IMG/VR virus record: IMGVR_UViG_3300034066_002191 | Strand: one strand, 5' to 3' | DNA length: 64,000 nucleotides | Source: a virus | Part shown: piece by piece, positions 23,364 to 32,478 of the stretch | Layout of the letters: each line of letters begins with the position of its first letter | Numbering within the stretch: the first letter of the stretch is position 1 | Program-made: the position numbers and the translations under genes | Notes under the pieces: generated by a model | The model's database searches: none | What the model was told of the DNA's origin: nothing | Seen by the model: only the letters and a program-made list of their open reading frames with translations

Positions 23364-23567
23364 TTAGTTGTATGTTGGCGGATTGTACTTCAAGAATTCA
23401 AAAAAAGTCAATTTCATTTCTTTTGTGTTCATTCCACAGTGTTTTGCTGCTTCTGGTAAGTTTATTTTTGAATAAAATAGACCTTCATTTGCTTCTTTTA
23501 CATTTTCAGGTGTTGTTTTTGTGGGTTGTTCTTTGAGTGTCTTATAATTGATTCGATAGTAATTCAT
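23364..23567 (-). CDS. Hypothetical protein, possible helix-turn-helix
   Basis: INLPEAAKHCGMNTKEMK resembles an HTH. Confidence 0.65.
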   Translation of the reverse strand: MNYYRINYKTLKEQPTKTTPENVKEANEGLFYSKINLPEAAKHCGMNTKEMKLTFFEFLKYNPPTYN

Positions 23568-23746
23568 AGAGGGTTTGCGTAAAAAAGAGTTTCTTCGTCA
23601 ACTGTGGCACGAACAAAATCTAAAACATTCATGAACTCATCAACAGTTTCGCATGTTACTTGCTTTTCTTCTCCCTCATTAGAATATAGGTACACAGTCC
23701 TTTTCAGTGGATCTACTACACACTTGGCCAGATATTCTTCTTGCAT
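23564..23746 (-). CDS. Hypothetical protein
   Basis: 60-aa ORF directly downstream of a sigma70-type promoter. Confidence 0.7.
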   Translation of the reverse strand: MQEEYLAKCVVDPLKRTVYLYSNEGEEKQVTCETVDEFMNVLDFVRATVDEETLFYANPL

Positions 23747-23771
23747 TTGATGGGATTTTTATTACGGAACC

Positions 23772-23800
23772 ATCATAGCATGACGACGACCATGCGTCAA
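23772..23800 (-). promoter_or_regulatory. sigma70-like early promoter
   Basis: TTGACG-N17-TATGAT with extended TG. Confidence 0.7.
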
Positions 23801-23804
23801 GCAT

Positions 23805-25043
23805 TTAACGAAGTAGCCATTCTTCCACGGAATCACTAATGTCCCTCATCTTAATCCATCTCGAATCTTTAATTTGATTTTTTTGGATTCTTAATTTTCC
23901 TACCAATCCAACAATGCCCCATTCTTTTCTTTTTCCTCTAGGAATATATTCGACTGATTCGTTCCATTCTGGATTTAATACTTTTCTTGTCAACTGAGTG
24001 TGCTTATTGTCATGAATCAAAATTGTGGCATTAGGTGGAACTTGTATATCAGGGGGTATTTGGTCAGATGGATATTCAAGTTCAATGGTGTCTCCATTTT
24101 CATTTACATAAGACCATTTTGTTATAGTATATGTTTCTAATATATAATTCCCATATTCATCTTTTAAATATTTGTCGGTCCAATGGTCCCAAGCATCGTC
24201 GCCAATAACTACTGGTCTTGCTGATATTGCTCCGATAACAGAATCTCCCTCTTCTGCTATTTTAATTTTATTACCAACAAGAGAAACTGTCATGCCTCTA
24301 CGATCTTCATTATTTGGATTTCCATCTTCCCACTCAAAATATTCTGCATAGTCGGCTCCAGTATAATATCCAATATCAGCAAATACTCTACCATCTCCGG
24401 TGACTCTAAATTCATTGTCAGCAAAACCGGCTACATTTGATGCACATACAATAAAATTATATGCATCAGTTGCTGATCTGTGGCTCTGAATATTATTTAC
24501 TACTGTACTAAAAGTAGTAGATGTGTTTCTCATGAGAACCTGACCATCTACGAGACTTGACTGGTTATTCAGTACTCTCAATCCGGCTTCGGCACCAATA
24601 CTATTAATCTCAAATTTTCCTGTAGTTCTTTCGAATGTAAATCTAGTTGTTGTATTATCTCTAATGTATAAATTTCCAACATTAAGATCCATATAGTTAT
24701 GAGTCCCATTATGAAAAAGTTCAAAATCGGCAGCAGAGCCAAGACTCAAAATTCGGTTGTCTGCTAAATTAATTTGATCTGGACTACCAGTAGAAAAATT
24801 TAATCTGTTATTAATATTATCATAGGTTACAGTTATTCCAGTTTGTATGCCAGAACTTATTGCGGAACTAATTGTATTTTGTGCAACATCTTGTATTATT
24901 TCTTCAACATCTAGATTAGCCCCATCACCGAGAGCATCATAAATTTCCTCAAAATTCGCATTAATTTTTAATGCTCCATTATATAAACTGTCACCAGTTC
25001 CATCGTTTGGGGCAGTTCCTAATGATATGCCTTGGTATGCCAT
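23805..25043 (-). CDS. Tail fibre with gp9/gp10-like N-terminus and peptidase G2 autocleavage domain
   Basis: NDGTGDSLYNGALKINANFEEIY at the N-terminus; GADYAEYFEWEDGNPNNEDRRG...YIPRGKRKEWGIVGLVGKL at the C-terminus. Confidence 0.8.
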   Translation of the reverse strand: MAYQGISLGTAPNDGTGDSLYNGALKINANFEEIYDALGDGANLDVEEIIQDVAQNTISSAISSGIQTGITVTYDNINNRLNFSTGSPDQINLADNRILSLGSAADFELFHNGTHNYMDLNVGNLYIRDNTTTRFTFERTTGKFEINSIGAEAGLRVLNNQSSLVDGQVLMRNTSTTFSTVVNNIQSHRSATDAYNFIVCASNVAGFADNEFRVTGDGRVFADIGYYTGADYAEYFEWEDGNPNNEDRRGMTVSLVGNKIKIAEEGDSVIGAISARPVVIGDDAWDHWTDKYLKDEYGNYILETYTITKWSYVNENGDTIELEYPSDQIPPDIQVPPNATILIHDNKHTQLTRKVLNPEWNESVEYIPRGKRKEWGIVGLVGKLRIQKNQIKDSRWIKMRDISDSVEEWLLR

Positions 25044-25056
25044 TTCTCAGTTCTTT

Positions 25057-25326
25057 TTAAATATTTAGTTCAGCTGATACATAATAATAACATTCAATCG
25101 GAATCCCACCATTTGATTGAATTGTGATCTCTTGAGTGTCTGCTCTTTTGATGATTAAATTTTGATGTGCACCAATTGGAGTCAATATTACGGTAATTGT
25201 TTTAGGATCGATTGAGTCCTTCCAATTCTCCGGAAGATTTATTACAGTAGAATGTACAACCTTTCCTCGAACAGAAACAGTGGTATCTGTAGTCTGGTAA
25301 CTAGTATTTTTCATAATTATACACAA
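25057..25326 (-). CDS. Small protein homologous to the C-terminal domain of 26723..27640
   Basis: RGK...LPENWKDSIDPKTITVILTP aligns with RGK...LPDYWKGLVDPESITVQLTP. Confidence 0.7.
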   Translation of the reverse strand: MCIIMKNTSYQTTDTTVSVRGKVVHSTVINLPENWKDSIDPKTITVILTPIGAHQNLIIKRADTQEITIQSNGGIPIECYYYVSAELNI

Positions 25327-26723
25327 TTTGATGAGGTTTCGCCATCAATAACTGATGATTTCTGATTTATATATGTATCGAGTGCCTCCAATTTATCCAA
25401 TTCATCATTCTGATTACCAATAGATTGTCTCATTCCCCATATTCTTAAGGCATATTCATTTCTTTCGTCTCTTATTCCATTTGCGACATCTTCTACATTT
25501 GCAACACATGAACCGTTTAGTGCATTTTCTTTTTCTGTTTGGTTATTTGTAGCTGATGATATTAAATTATTGATTGACGATGAACAAGATGGGGCCAATC
25601 CATAATATGATGGCAATGATGCAGTTGCAATTCCAGTTAAAGTGGTTCCTTTAGTAGCTGGACTTCCTCCAATAACAGGGCGATATGTAAATCCAGTTCT
25701 AAAATAAATTTTACCTGCTCCAACATTGGGTTCTTTGACTTTTTCTCCTTGCCTTTCTATTCCTTCTAACTCAGGTTTCCAGTCTTGTGCTGATGATGGA
25801 TACCCAGAATTGTCTAATTCTACTTTATATCCAGTACCAGCAGTTGATGAATTCAATATTCCTATAGTTTCTGGTGAATATGGATTTTTAGTGAATTTGA
25901 CTTTATATTTGAATCTAGGTTTTTGTGCCTCAAAGTCTTCTGGGGATATCACGACAGTATAATTGACATAAGACCCATCTGCTTCTGGTAAAGAAGAAAC
26001 TCCTATGGTAGCATCCTTTAGTATGATTGATGCAGTATAAAAAACATCAGTAGAAATTCCGGTAATATCTGCTAATGATGTCGATATTCCAGTAACTACA
26101 GTTGTTCCAAATCCAACGATTGTATTTGTGGGCGATGGGAATACTCCTGCTTTGGAGCAAGTAATGACATTACCGGTTTCAAAGCCAACGGTCAATTCTT
26201 CTGCTGTTTGTGATATGATATTGAGTATCGTAGATCCTAACCCAATTTGACCAATGAATGTCCCTAGAGTAGTATCTCCAATATCTTTTAAGTAAGGGTG
26301 GTCATAATATTTCAGTCCATATAAATTTTGAGTCGTTAAACCAACCTTTGTTGTTGATTCCAATGTTGTCGCTACTCCAGTGACTGGTTCGACATAAATG
26401 ACAGAATATCCATATCCAACAGGATTTAATTGGTCTACAATTAAATCTAACCCATCTTCATCCGAGCCAGTGACCCTCCAAAATAAATCACTATAGCAAC
26501 CAGAATCGATTCTATTTTGATATGCCGTCTGGGTTTCGTATATTGCCTGATTAACTTTATCGATTGATGAAAGTATATCGAGATCTAGTGCTTTAACTGC
26601 TACATCATAGGGTTCTTTTTCTGCATCTACTACTAGAAGTTCTTGTCTATAATTACGAATATTTTCTTCTTTTTGATCTCTTTTTTTCCTAATGTCATCT
26701 TTTATTGTTTTTGAGACTGCCAT
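25317..26723 (-). CDS. Hypothetical structural protein with terminal coiled coils
   Basis: 468-aa ORF in the baseplate cluster. Confidence 0.7.
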   Translation of the reverse strand: MAVSKTIKDDIRKKRDQKEENIRNYRQELLVVDAEKEPYDVAVKALDLDILSSIDKVNQAIYETQTAYQNRIDSGCYSDLFWRVTGSDEDGLDLIVDQLNPVGYGYSVIYVEPVTGVATTLESTTKVGLTTQNLYGLKYYDHPYLKDIGDTTLGTFIGQIGLGSTILNIISQTAEELTVGFETGNVITCSKAGVFPSPTNTIVGFGTTVVTGISTSLADITGISTDVFYTASIILKDATIGVSSLPEADGSYVNYTVVISPEDFEAQKPRFKYKVKFTKNPYSPETIGILNSSTAGTGYKVELDNSGYPSSAQDWKPELEGIERQGEKVKEPNVGAGKIYFRTGFTYRPVIGGSPATKGTTLTGIATASLPSYYGLAPSCSSSINNLISSATNNQTEKENALNGSCVANVEDVANGIRDERNEYALRIWGMRQSIGNQNDELDKLEALDTYINQKSSVIDGETSSNCV

Positions 26724-27640
26724 TATTTTCCTCCTTTCATTTCAGTTCCAACATATTCTACTTCCAAATCTGGAACATCCTTCCTTTTTCCAAAAATAGT
26801 ATAACTACAATTTATTGGTCCTCCTGAATTATTTGTAACAATAACTCTAGATCCCCACTGAATTTCTTTGACATAAAGTTCTTGATAAACTCCATGAGGA
26901 GTCAATTGAACCGTAATGGATTCTGGATCTACCAATCCTTTCCAATAATCTGGAAGAATGATAATGTTGACATTTATCAATTTTCCACGATAGTATACTC
27001 CAATTTCTGGACCTTCCAAACATGCATGAGAGAGTCTATGATTTGGCTTTGTTGGGTGTGGAATATCAAATTCTTTCCATCCCTGAACATTAATGGTTCC
27101 AACCAGAGAAACATTTGAGCAAGTGAGTCTACCAACTACATCCAAACTACCATTGATGACAGTTGCACCATTAATTGTTTTTGCTCCAGATCTTGCTTCT
27201 GCTCCAGTTTGTGCTTTTGCACCTGTAATTGTTTCGGCACCAACTAAATTTTTTATTCCAGTCCAATAAGATAATGGAGAAATGACTGTGATTGTGCTCG
27301 CATTTAGTACATTGATTATCAGTGAGTTTACAGATATTCCAACTGGACCTATCTCATCACCTAAAATCACATCTCTAGGAGTGGGGGGATCTGGAGTGCT
27401 TCTCACATAAAGCATTGGCAATGCTTTTAATTTGAGATCAGAGCTGCGTCCGATCATCACATTCCCCAATGGAGCAGGATATACCGTTGGATTTCCAAAC
27501 AATGATGCGCCACTTACATGTAAAAATCCACTTAGTGGATTAAATGTAATCGGAATGGGAATTGGTGGACCAATGCCAGTAGGATTTGCAGATATAGCTA
27601 CCTGATCACTGACATTAATGGCATCATATTCTGCTGACAT
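26723..27640 (-). CDS. Baseplate spike-associated protein
   Basis: FDIPHPTKPNHRLSHACLEGPE motif; GA-x-x-x-x beta repeats. Confidence 0.6.
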   Translation of the reverse strand: MSAEYDAINVSDQVAISANPTGIGPPIPIPITFNPLSGFLHVSGASLFGNPTVYPAPLGNVMIGRSSDLKLKALPMLYVRSTPDPPTPRDVILGDEIGPVGISVNSLIINVLNASTITVISPLSYWTGIKNLVGAETITGAKAQTGAEARSGAKTINGATVINGSLDVVGRLTCSNVSLVGTINVQGWKEFDIPHPTKPNHRLSHACLEGPEIGVYYRGKLINVNIIILPDYWKGLVDPESITVQLTPHGVYQELYVKEIQWGSRVIVTNNSGGPINCSYTIFGKRKDVPDLEVEYVGTEMKGGK

Positions 27641-27643
27641 AAA

Positions 27644-28249
27644 TTATAAGAATGTTGATAATATTTTCTCTAAGGTTTGTTTTACTTCTGATGGGCCAGT
27701 ATTTCCAGTAAAAGAAGGTGGAATTTTTACTGAATCTGAAGTTCCATTCTTTATAAATGATGCAGTCAAATATAAATTGTTACTAACTGTAATATGACCA
27801 ACACCAGAACTCACAAATTTTATTGCTGCTGTTGCTTTAGCATTGATTTGTTTTCCATCAATATTAACATTATTATTTGCTGAGATATTTATATTTCCTT
27901 TTAATGAACCACCACCAGTTGCAATTATATCAACGGTTTCACCAAAAATTCTAACTCTACCACTAGGTGCGCCAATAATGATGTCGCCATCAACTGCATG
28001 TAAAACAAATGCAACATCATTAACTGGATAATCTCCACACTTTATTTGATATACTCCAGGACAACGATTTTTTGTTCCACCAGCAAGCTTTCCAGTGGAA
28101 TCCATTTGCATGTAATGTGCAATTGGAAATGGAAATCCATTACGAATGCTGACTCCAGATAAGGTGTTATCTAAATCAATATTGCCAAATCTAATTTCGC
28201 CATCTTTATTTCCTATTCTCCTTGTATGTACATTAGTTCCTTGTGCCAT
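27644..28249 (-). CDS. gp5 C-terminal-like beta-helix protein
   Basis: Beta-repeat pattern (GNINISANNNVNIDG); directly downstream of the gp5-like gene. Confidence 0.5.
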   Translation of the reverse strand: MAQGTNVHTRRIGNKDGEIRFGNIDLDNTLSGVSIRNGFPFPIAHYMQMDSTGKLAGGTKNRCPGVYQIKCGDYPVNDVAFVLHAVDGDIIIGAPSGRVRIFGETVDIIATGGGSLKGNINISANNNVNIDGKQINAKATAAIKFVSSGVGHITVSNNLYLTASFIKNGTSDSVKIPPSFTGNTGPSEVKQTLEKILSTFL

Positions 28250-30951
28250 TAATTTTTACCAACGCAATCTACTACACTTATAATTTGTTGTCCGGAATAT
28301 CTATTAGGATCTTCTTCTATTAAATCTCCAATTCTATTTACACAAAGTTTTGCGACTATTTGGACATTAAAACCAGTTTTAGATTCTACCGTAATTTGCG
28401 GAAACTCCGTGAATCCTATTCCACCACTAATAATATCTACTCTTATAAGTGCACCATTTGAATCAAATTTTGGAGACAATTGTGCGCCATTGTCGGGAGT
28501 TATCTTAATTTTGTCTTCTGAAGTGTACCCAATCCCAGGATTCAATATTTCAACTTCACAAATGTAAAGCATAACTGGATAATTTCCAGTTTGAGTGGTC
28601 GGAGATAATCCTCGAATAATATTTTGATAATTTTCTGGTGGCTGTGGGGCAATATATTCAGTATCTTCTTTTGGTCTAAATTCGTCGCCACCAGGAGGAG
28701 TAACATAATCACATTGTCTCAACTGAATTGTTGATCCTGGAGAATATGGCAATTCATATTTCCCATCACTTCTACGAACAATTGTATCTTCTGGATTTGC
28801 CCAAGTTCTCCCTTCTCCTCCAAGACTACCATCAGGTGCTGGCAAATAATTATATCCAGATTCGACAACTAAAACGGAAACTACTCCTAGATCCTCTGGG
28901 TCTATTGCAATTGGGGATTTTCTAGTAGAAATAAATGGCTGAATTGGTGGACAGCCAACTACATCTGTAGTTCCATCTGGTACACTTCCAGATTCTCCAT
29001 TATCTGGATTATTAGGATCATTTGGGTCTCCATATTTACTTGGATCATCAAAATCATCTAAGTCTAATGGAACATTAATAATATCTCCTGGTTCTATTGT
29101 GGGAGTTTGTTGTATTCCATTTACTCTTACAATCAAAGATTTTTCACTGTATTGTCCATATTTTCCTATTGCTTTTACTGTATATGTTGTATTTTGAGTT
29201 GGGCTGACATTCACTGTTCCAGATAATTCGGAAGAGCCAAAATTTGTTTGCACTCTTTTGGCTCTTTTAGTTTTCCATTTTAATTCTACTGTAGTTGAAT
29301 TAATTGTCCTGCCAGTAAATTCTAGTTCTGGTGGAATGATTCCAACTTTAGTTTTGACTACTGCTCCCTTCCCTTTTCCACAGTCATCTACAATAGATGC
29401 AAATGGAGTACTTGAATATCCAGAACCAAAACTAGTAATATCAATTCCTAACAATTCTCCAGCAGAACTTATGATGGTATTTCCTGCGGCTCCGGACCCA
29501 CCACCACCAAAGAAAGATATTCTAGGAGGACCACAAAAAAGTGGAGCACCACTACAAGATAAATCACTCAAAACATCATTAAAGTTCAAATCAAAGTCAT
29601 CAATATCTACTCCCAACAAAGAACCAGTGTCTGGATCATAAACAGTTTTTGCTATATTTCCTACTTGCTGTGCGAAACTTTCTGCTTTTTTTACGATGCT
29701 GTTTAGATCTAGATTGAATCCTTCTGTGTTGTCTCCTGCAGCTGAAAGTAAATTCCATTTATTTACTTCAGGACATTTGTCATTTGGTTCGCAATTAAAC
29801 AAAGAAAGTAGATCAATAATAAAATCCAAAACTTGTGTCACAAGTCCCGTAATCTGCCCAATGATGGATGCAACTGCACCAAGAACTGAAGTGATTAATC
29901 CTAATATTTTTCCAATTAAAGAAGTTAATAAATTTTCGATTGCACACAAAGGAACGGTAATAAATCTATCAACCATGTCAAGTAAAAGATTAACAAGAGC
30001 ATCTGTTATCTTATCAAGTATTTTATTGAACAAACAATATATTGCCTGAACTAATATATTCTGTCCTTCTCTAATTGGAAATCTTGCATTTAAAGGTAGT
30101 GCATTTGAAGTTGCAACTGATGCAGCATTTATTTTTTTAAGTATTTCTTCCTGTAACCATTTAATTTTTCTGGATATCCAACCAGATATTATTTCAGCAT
30201 ACTTGTTTACTTTTCCTTGTATTTCATTTATAAAGTCAAGTCGATTAGCAGCAAATTGATTAACTTGTCTTTTGATTCTTTCTACATCTTTAATTAAATT
30301 CGATAAAGCAGTTTTTACTGCATTTGCATCATCATTTCTTTTTGGACATGGTAAGTCCAAATCACTTTCAAATGGCTGTAGATTTAAATCAAAATGACTG
30401 TATGTTATGTCCCAAGCATTTGGTAATATTTGTGCCTTATCATAATGAAATGTTGGGAGAACTGCATTTTTTGAGTTCTCCCAAAAAGAATCTAATCCAA
30501 AAGAAGGATTTGGATTAGGTCCAGTATAAGAAACATTTTCGTATATATTTCTATAATTCAGTCCAATTACAACTGGCTTTCCAATATAACCATTTTTAAA
30601 TCTTACTCTTACGGCATCTCCAGGCTTAATTTGTGGGGTATCTCCTGTTGCAAGTGCACCACTACCAGATGTCAATGGGACATCTATATCAGCCCAAGGA
30701 AGTTTTTGGTCTGGTAATTGCGTTTTATCTGGGGTATGGACTTGATTTATTCTGACTTTTACTTTTGGTTTTGCTGTTGCTTTTGGGTTGCCATCCTTAT
30801 CTTCATCTTGTAATTTTTCTTGTAGTGTTTTTCTTTTCCCTGCATCAGTTTCTGATATCCAACTACAAGCAACTACTATACCATCATAAGTTCCAGTATA
30901 CTTATACTCATCCAATTCACCGGAACTTTTATATCCCCTTACATCCATCAT
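28249..30951 (-). CDS. gp5-like baseplate hub protein (OB-fold N-terminus, no lysozyme domain seen)
   Basis: KVKVRI..VHT...LPWA...GDAVRVRF..G..KPVVIG OB-fold signature; gene context. Confidence 0.7.
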   Translation of the reverse strand: MMDVRGYKSSGELDEYKYTGTYDGIVVACSWISETDAGKRKTLQEKLQDEDKDGNPKATAKPKVKVRINQVHTPDKTQLPDQKLPWADIDVPLTSGSGALATGDTPQIKPGDAVRVRFKNGYIGKPVVIGLNYRNIYENVSYTGPNPNPSFGLDSFWENSKNAVLPTFHYDKAQILPNAWDITYSHFDLNLQPFESDLDLPCPKRNDDANAVKTALSNLIKDVERIKRQVNQFAANRLDFINEIQGKVNKYAEIISGWISRKIKWLQEEILKKINAASVATSNALPLNARFPIREGQNILVQAIYCLFNKILDKITDALVNLLLDMVDRFITVPLCAIENLLTSLIGKILGLITSVLGAVASIIGQITGLVTQVLDFIIDLLSLFNCEPNDKCPEVNKWNLLSAAGDNTEGFNLDLNSIVKKAESFAQQVGNIAKTVYDPDTGSLLGVDIDDFDLNFNDVLSDLSCSGAPLFCGPPRISFFGGGGSGAAGNTIISSAGELLGIDITSFGSGYSSTPFASIVDDCGKGKGAVVKTKVGIIPPELEFTGRTINSTTVELKWKTKRAKRVQTNFGSSELSGTVNVSPTQNTTYTVKAIGKYGQYSEKSLIVRVNGIQQTPTIEPGDIINVPLDLDDFDDPSKYGDPNDPNNPDNGESGSVPDGTTDVVGCPPIQPFISTRKSPIAIDPEDLGVVSVLVVESGYNYLPAPDGSLGGEGRTWANPEDTIVRRSDGKYELPYSPGSTIQLRQCDYVTPPGGDEFRPKEDTEYIAPQPPENYQNIIRGLSPTTQTGNYPVMLYICEVEILNPGIGYTSEDKIKITPDNGAQLSPKFDSNGALIRVDIISGGIGFTEFPQITVESKTGFNVQIVAKLCVNRIGDLIEEDPNRYSGQQIISVVDCVGKN

Positions 30952-31160
30952 TCCTCATACACCCTACATTCTAAGGCATCTGGATTTTCATCGCAAAATA
31001 ATTGAAAAGAGTTTGGAGTATACTCTGTATTTGGATGTCTTTCGATATATGCCAGTAATCTTTCTAATTCATTTTCCAAGTGCCTTCTTCTTTGCTTGGA
31101 ACATTCCGAGTCTAGTTCTTTTTCTATTTGTAAAACTGTTTCGTAGATTGGTGTTTGCAT
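30948..31160 (-). CDS. cp12: CP12 Calvin-cycle inhibitor
   Basis: RRRHLENEL and C-terminal FQLFCDENPDALECRVYEE CP12 signature. Confidence 0.9.
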   Translation of the reverse strand: MQTPIYETVLQIEKELDSECSKQRRRHLENELERLLAYIERHPNTEYTPNSFQLFCDENPDALECRVYEE

Positions 31161-32455
31161 TAGGTTATTCTCCTGCCATAGGAATCTCGAACTAAGTTCA
31201 ATCTAGTATATGAAGGTCCATTAGTTGAGATATAATGGCATAGGTCTACTATCATATATAGGCCAGATTTTTTTGGACTTATGATTTGAGTTTTCTTGGA
31301 CGATATTTCTGGAAAATGACATTCAATCATGTCTCCCGCATGTAAAGTCAAATCTGCAAATATTGTAATTGAAGCCTCTATCGCAAACAATTGTTGATAT
31401 CTCATTTTAGATTGATTTATAATTTCTGTCACGATTAGATTTTCTTCATTAGAGCGACTTAGCTGTTCTTCATAATTTTTTCCTGGCGATGTATGCCCTT
31501 TATCAGCATAACTAAAATTTATTGAGGATGTTCCTTGTAATTCCGAATCAAAATTTGGTAATGTCTTTCCAGCTTTTTTGATTCCTTTTTCTTGATCTTC
31601 TTTTGTTAAATTGTTTGGTCTGACTTTATCCAAAACTGGATCATAAACATATAATTGAGAACCATACGATCCTCTTCGAATTAAATTCAAGGCATCCACT
31701 GAACTACTAAATTCTGGTGCTGCTAATATTTTTCCATAATCACCAGATGGAACTCCAGTAGTATTAGTGTATATGAATTTCTTTTTTGGTGACTGACCTA
31801 ACAAAATATCAATTGATTTAAATTTAAATCCTTCCGAAGTTTCATAGAAAAAATACCCAGCTGTTTTTCCTTTTGCTGATGGTAAATTTGGAACCGCTTT
31901 TGGTGCTAACCAAATTATAGCATCTCGTACAGTCCAATCAATAGAACCATTAAATCTTAAACTATTAATAGTTGGATCAATATCTACTGGCTTCTTTGTT
32001 TTCAATACTGACTTTAAAATTGTGTTTACAGAATCTGATATTCTTCCTTCATACGCACCAACAACATAATAATCAGTAATAAATTTTTTTAAAAACTCTG
32101 TTGTGCACAAATTAAAAGATAAAATTTCTTTTTTTGTATCAAACAATACTGGATTTCCTCTGAAAATTCTCAGTGCAGTAGCATCAGTATTAAAATTTAA
32201 CTTATTACCATTCTCATCTGAAAATGACAAATAGACCTTTTCTGTTCCTTGTATGTCAGTATCATCCAATTCAGTAGCAGAAGTATTGCTATTGTTATTT
32301 CTGTATCCAGTGTCAACGAATTCTATCTTCGAGGATATTGAAGTTTCTAAAATGCTTTCATAATATGTAAATTTGGTCAATCCTGTATCAAAATAAGTTT
32401 GGGTTCCATTCTTTATGGATTCTATGACAAATTGAGTAGGATTTATTTTCTGCAT
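31160..32455 (-). CDS. gp27-like baseplate hub protein
   Basis: YYESIL, GYFFYETSEGFKFKSID and SGLYMIVDLCH motifs; position between gp5 and the tape-measure-like genes. Confidence 0.6.
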   Translation of the reverse strand: MQKINPTQFVIESIKNGTQTYFDTGLTKFTYYESILETSISSKIEFVDTGYRNNNSNTSATELDDTDIQGTEKVYLSFSDENGNKLNFNTDATALRIFRGNPVLFDTKKEILSFNLCTTEFLKKFITDYYVVGAYEGRISDSVNTILKSVLKTKKPVDIDPTINSLRFNGSIDWTVRDAIIWLAPKAVPNLPSAKGKTAGYFFYETSEGFKFKSIDILLGQSPKKKFIYTNTTGVPSGDYGKILAAPEFSSSVDALNLIRRGSYGSQLYVYDPVLDKVRPNNLTKEDQEKGIKKAGKTLPNFDSELQGTSSINFSYADKGHTSPGKNYEEQLSRSNEENLIVTEIINQSKMRYQQLFAIEASITIFADLTLHAGDMIECHFPEISSKKTQIISPKKSGLYMIVDLCHYISTNGPSYTRLNLVRDSYGRRIT

Positions 32456-32478
32456 TGGTTTTTAATCTTATGTATTAT

